Source of the DNA: Deltaproteobacteria bacterium
GTDB lineage: Bacteria > Myxococcota_A > UBA9160 > SMWR01
DNA: 19,082 bases
NCBI GenBank assembly: GCA_032128375.1
Contig: JAQBGU010000197.1
Coordinates: 1 to 19,082 of the forward strand
Reading direction: 5' to 3'
Of this stretch, positions 15,759 to 19,082 are shown in pieces (the first letter of the stretch is position 1; every line of letters begins with the position of its first letter). Below the pieces are notes generated by a model. That model did no database searches and was not told the origin of the DNA. It saw nothing but the letters and a program-made list of their open reading frames with translations. The translations under genes were made by a program, and so were the position numbers.

Positions 15759-17057
15759 TCATGGCCGGTCGTTGACGGTGTCATCCTTGCCCGCTGATCG
15801 CGGTACTCCGGCAGGCCAGTCGCGCGCAGCGAAGCTTTCTTCCGGACGGACGCGGTCTTCTAGCGGCTTGCACCACCAGCGGTCATCACCGGCATGTTCG
15901 GGCCAGATGTCTCGAAGTTTCGGCATGACTTTTTCGGCGAACAGCACGCTCGAGTGTCGGGTCTTCCAATCGGGCTGGTTACCGCTGTGGAACAGGCCGA
16001 ATACGTGACCGATCCGGAGCGTCTTGATCATGTGTTCCATCCGCTCGCGGACGGTCTCGGGGCTGCCTGCAATCACGAAGCCGCCCTCGACGAGATCCTT
16101 CCATGTCAGGTTCGTGAAGATTGCCTGGTTGTCGGCGCGAAGCTGGCTGAGCTTGCCGGCCTTGATGGTCTTGATGGTGCGATAGCCGGGAGGATCCGCG
16201 AAGCCGGGGAACACGTGCAGGCAGCGATTGAAGAAATACAGGATGTGCTCGGCGTAAAGCTCTTCGGCCCCTTCATCGGTGTCCGCCACCGCGATGATCT
16301 GCGCGAACGCTGCGCGATACGGCGAATCGTCCTTGCCTTTGGCGAGTACCCGCTCGTGAAAACCCTCGAGCAGCGACTGGCCGGCCAGGTACCCGCCGAA
16401 TGACAGGAACGAGTAGTTGTAATCATTGTCGACGCAGAAGTCCCAGGTCTCGATCGAGCCGCCGCCGGGGATATAGATCGGCGGGTGAGGTTTTTGGATT
16501 GGCTTCGGCCAGCAGTTGACGTAGCGAAGTTGATTGTACTTGCCGTCGAACGCGAAGGGCTCGTCTTCGTGCCACGCGCGCATGATCAGCTCGTGATTCT
16601 CGTAGTACTTGTCCCGGGTCAGCGCCGGGATCTGGCCGTAACAAAAATTCGTGTCCATTGGCGTTCCGACGGGAAATCCGGCGAGCAGTCGACCGCCGCT
16701 GATGACATCGAGCATCGCGAATTCTTCGGCGACACGGATCGGCGGATTGTAGAGCGCGATCGAGTTTCCGATCACCGCGATCGCCGCGCGAGAAGTCCGT
16801 CGCGCGAGCCCCGCCGCGATGATATTTGGCGACGGCATCAGCCCGTAGGCGTTCTGATGATGCTCATTGACGCCGATGCCATCGAAACCCAACGAGTCCG
16901 CATACTCGAGCTGGTCCATGTACAAGTGATACAGATGGTTGCCGACGGCAGGGTCGTAGAGCTTGCTGGGGATATCGACCCATACGGAGCGGTTGGCTTC
17001 GCGGAAGTCGTCCGGCAAGTGGGGCCAGGGCATGAGGTTGAACCAGGTGAATTTCAT
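15759..17057 (-). CDS. LLM class flavin-dependent oxidoreductase/monooxygenase (432 aa)
   Basis: GIGVNEHHQNAYGLMPSPN, PIRVAEEFAMLDVISGGRLLAGFPVG, WPKPIQKPHPPIYIPGGGS and IAGSPETV. GAGGA RBS. Confidence 0.93.
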   Translation of the reverse strand: MKFTWFNLMPWPHLPDDFREANRSVWVDIPSKLYDPAVGNHLYHLYMDQLEYADSLGFDGIGVNEHHQNAYGLMPSPNIIAAGLARRTSRAAIAVIGNSIALYNPPIRVAEEFAMLDVISGGRLLAGFPVGTPMDTNFCYGQIPALTRDKYYENHELIMRAWHEDEPFAFDGKYNQLRYVNCWPKPIQKPHPPIYIPGGGSIETWDFCVDNDYNYSFLSFGGYLAGQSLLEGFHERVLAKGKDDSPYRAAFAQIIAVADTDEGAEELYAEHILYFFNRCLHVFPGFADPPGYRTIKTIKAGKLSQLRADNQAIFTNLTWKDLVEGGFVIAGSPETVRERMEHMIKTLRIGHVFGLFHSGNQPDWKTRHSSVLFAEKVMPKLRDIWPEHAGDDRWWCKPLEDRVRPEESFAARDWPAGVPRSAGKDDTVNDRP

Positions 17058-17123
17058 GGCTTCCTCGCTTGGGCTCGAAGGATCGCTGTCCTTGATTGTT
17101 CATCTGTGCGTCGGAGCGGGACA

Positions 17124-18164
17124 CTAGCACGCGCTCCTCACATCCAGGAAATCGGCGATCGCGTCGTTCAGCGCGTCCGGTGCGTCGAAGTGGATCATGT
17201 GGCCAGCCCCGGGGATCTCGACACAGCGTACGTCGGAAAACAACCCGAGCCGTCGTTCCAGTTCGTCCGGCGTTAGGTACGAGCGCGATAGAGAGTTGCG
17301 CGGTTCGCCCCCCGCTGGCCCCTTCGACCACCAGGTTCCGGATTCGGCGCCCGTGACGACGAGCACCGGGCACACCGCCCACGTCCAGCGCTCCTCGATT
17401 TGTTCACGGCTGAACGACCCGAACATCGTGCGAAGCATCGGGTCCCACTTCCAGCAGATCCCGGAATCCGGGTGAGGGCGCGTGCCAGCAGCTGCGAGCA
17501 TGCGCAAGCGTTCGGGGCCGAGCCCCGGGTGCGCGCTGCCGAGCCGACCCATCGCGGTCTCCAGGTCGGGCATCGAGCGTCCGTAGCTGGGAACGTTGTC
17601 GAGCGACTCGACCGAGCGACGCGCCATCGCCCGCCGAAGTTGGTCGCTTCCTTCCCCTTCCCAGGGTGGCGGTCCGAGCCCTTCGATCAGCACACACTTC
17701 GAGGGGATCTCCGGGAAAATTCCCGCGAGTTGGCTGGCGACTTCTCCACCGAAGCTGTGCCCAATCAGGATCGGGTTTTCGAGGGAGAAGTGGCGGCAGG
17801 TCGTGTGCAGGTCGCCGACAAAGTGGGCCAGCGCATAGTAACCGGGGCGACCGCTATCGCCGTGGCCGCGCATGTCGATGGAGAGCACGCGGTAGCGGTC
17901 GCAGAACGCCTGAGCGATCGAGTCCATGCTCCACGCGAGGTCGCGCATGCCGTGCACGAGAAGCATCGTCGTGATGCCGCGGTCTTTTGGGTGGCCGCCT
18001 GTTGGGTGGCCGCCTGTTGGATGGCCGCCGTTTGGGTGGCCGCCTGTTGGGTAGCCGCCTGTTGGGTAGCCATAGTCGAGTGCCGATAACTCGAAATCTC
18101 TGGCTGGAATGCGCACGCGCTTGGGCTCTACGCTGCGAGGTCTCTGGTTGGATCGTTGGTTCAC
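17124..18164 (-). CDS. Alpha/beta-fold hydrolase with an N-terminal (Y/H)P(T/N)GG repeat insertion (about 346 aa)
   Basis: LLVHG, DMRGHGDS, GHSFGG, WKWDP and GAGHMIHFDAP. GTG at 18164 with a GAAGGGA RBS is preferred; 18182 is an alternative start. Confidence 0.88.
   Translation of the reverse strand: MNQRSNQRPRSVEPKRVRIPARDFELSALDYGYPTGGYPTGGHPNGGHPTGGHPTGGHPKDRGITTMLLVHGMRDLAWSMDSIAQAFCDRYRVLSIDMRGHGDSGRPGYYALAHFVGDLHTTCRHFSLENPILIGHSFGGEVASQLAGIFPEIPSKCVLIEGLGPPPWEGEGSDQLRRAMARRSVESLDNVPSYGRSMPDLETAMGRLGSAHPGLGPERLRMLAAAGTRPHPDSGICWKWDPMLRTMFGSFSREQIEERWTWAVCPVLVVTGAESGTWWSKGPAGGEPRNSLSRSYLTPDELERRLGLFSDVRCVEIPGAGHMIHFDAPDALNDAIADFLDVRSAC
17987..18071. repeat. In-frame 15-bp coding tandem repeat, about 5.7 copies (TTGGGTGGCCGCCTG)
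   Basis: On the minus strand it encodes YPTGG-YPTGG-HPNGG-HPTGG-HPTGG-HPK. Confidence 0.95.
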
Positions 18165-18258
18165 GAATTCGAATCCCTTCACTCGGTGTGTTCGATCGGG
18201 TGGGACGGGCTACGTTACATCAGTCGCTCTCATGCGGCGTTCATTCAGGGAGATGATC

Positions 18259-18966
18259 ATGTCCGCAGACAGCTATGAATTCCAAGGCCGAACCGTCACG
18301 CTGCCGTGCATCGTCCGAGACGCCGGTTCTGGCAATGCGATCTTTCTGGTCCCGACGGCTGGCGTACAGGCGCTGATTCCCGGCGATGCATTCGAGGTCG
18401 TGGAAGCCGCCCCCGGACTGACGCAAACCATCCTCGCGATCATCGACTATCGGGACAACGACCTCGGTGACTACAACGAGGTCGGGATCATCTTCATGGT
18501 TCGGCCGCGGGGCGCAACCGGCGATGCATCGGGAACCTTCATCTACAAGCTGCCGGTCAACCAGTCGTTCACCTGTGAGGCAGGCTGCGGCATCTGGGGT
18601 TTCCCGAAGACTGTCGACGAGATCGACTATGACTACGGGGCCAACGCCATATCGTGTCGTCTGGAGATGGACGGCCAACATGTGCTTACCCTGACCATCC
18701 CGCGTGGAGATGCAGGCATCGATTCCGGTGAACTGCAGACCCAGACTTACACCTACATCAACGGCATTCCGCATGAGACTCCGTTCACGACGGGTGGTCG
18801 CGGAATGACGATGAACCCTGGAGGGCAGGGCGTCGCGTTGGAACTGGGTGACCACCCGCTGGCCGAGGAGCTTCGCGGCCTGGGTCTGGCGAAAGCGTCG
18901 CCGATTCTGAGTACCTGGACCGAGAACATGAAGGGCAGCTTCGGAACCCCGCGGAAGCTCTCGTAG
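18259..18966 (+). CDS. Acetoacetate decarboxylase-like superfamily protein (235 aa)
   Basis: IDYRDNDLGDYNEVGI, FIYKLPV and EAGCGIWGFPK (Schiff-base Lys motif). AGGGAG RBS 6 bp before the ATG. Confidence 0.88.
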   Translation: MSADSYEFQGRTVTLPCIVRDAGSGNAIFLVPTAGVQALIPGDAFEVVEAAPGLTQTILAIIDYRDNDLGDYNEVGIIFMVRPRGATGDASGTFIYKLPVNQSFTCEAGCGIWGFPKTVDEIDYDYGANAISCRLEMDGQHVLTLTIPRGDAGIDSGELQTQTYTYINGIPHETPFTTGGRGMTMNPGGQGVALELGDHPLAEELRGLGLAKASPILSTWTENMKGSFGTPRKLS

Positions 18967-18987
18967 CGACACTCCGCCGACTCTCAT

Positions 18988-19047
18988 GGGTGTATGGAGG
19001 GTGTAATGGAGGGTGTGTGGAGGGTGTGGTGGAGGGGGGTGTAGTGG
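18988..19047. repeat. G-rich 11-12-bp degenerate tandem repeat, about 5 copies (GGGTGT-N1-2-TGGA)
   Basis: gggtgtatgga|gggtgtaatgga|gggtgtgtgga|gggtgtggtgga|ggggggtgtagtgg, with no C on the + strand over 60 bp. Confidence 0.9.
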
Positions 19048-19082
19048 CAGTGTGATCGGAGCCTCCTGTAGCGGTATCAAAA

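Noticed and set aside
18241..19080. 279-aa minus-strand ORF with a His/Pro-rich N-terminus
   Set aside because: Antisense to the well-supported ADC-like gene; the His/Pro stretch is only the translation of the G-rich repeat.

Overview
A GC-rich, gene-dense bacterial window with 15 supportable CDS and no rRNA, tRNA, CRISPR or mobile element. The outer-membrane beta-barrel gene indicates a diderm, and the gene content resembles Myxococcota/deltaproteobacteria (inference only). From left to right: the 3' end of a RecD2-like helicase (+); a minus-strand run encoding an HpnN-type MMPL/RND lipid transporter, a small membrane protein and an Eis-like GNAT; a divergent sirtuin (CobB); a very large (1240 aa) DUF1302-type outer-membrane protein with two large insertions and nine Cys pairs; and a minus-strand catabolic-looking cluster. 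In transcription order that cluster is alpha/beta hydrolase, LLM monooxygenase, alpha/beta hydrolase, DUF35 Zn-ribbon/OB protein, Cys-less thiolase-fold protein, MFS transporter, AviRb-like rRNA methyltransferase and a second LLM, with a divergent ADC-superfamily gene at the right end. Several short degenerate tandem repeats (11, 13, 15 and 11-12 bp units) lie in promoter regions, inside a CDS and at the right edge. The best candidate for an undescribed system is an uptake and oxidative/retro-aldol processing locus for a hydrophobic (lipid or terpenoid-like) compound. Family assignments come from motif recognition and recalled sequences; no searches were run.
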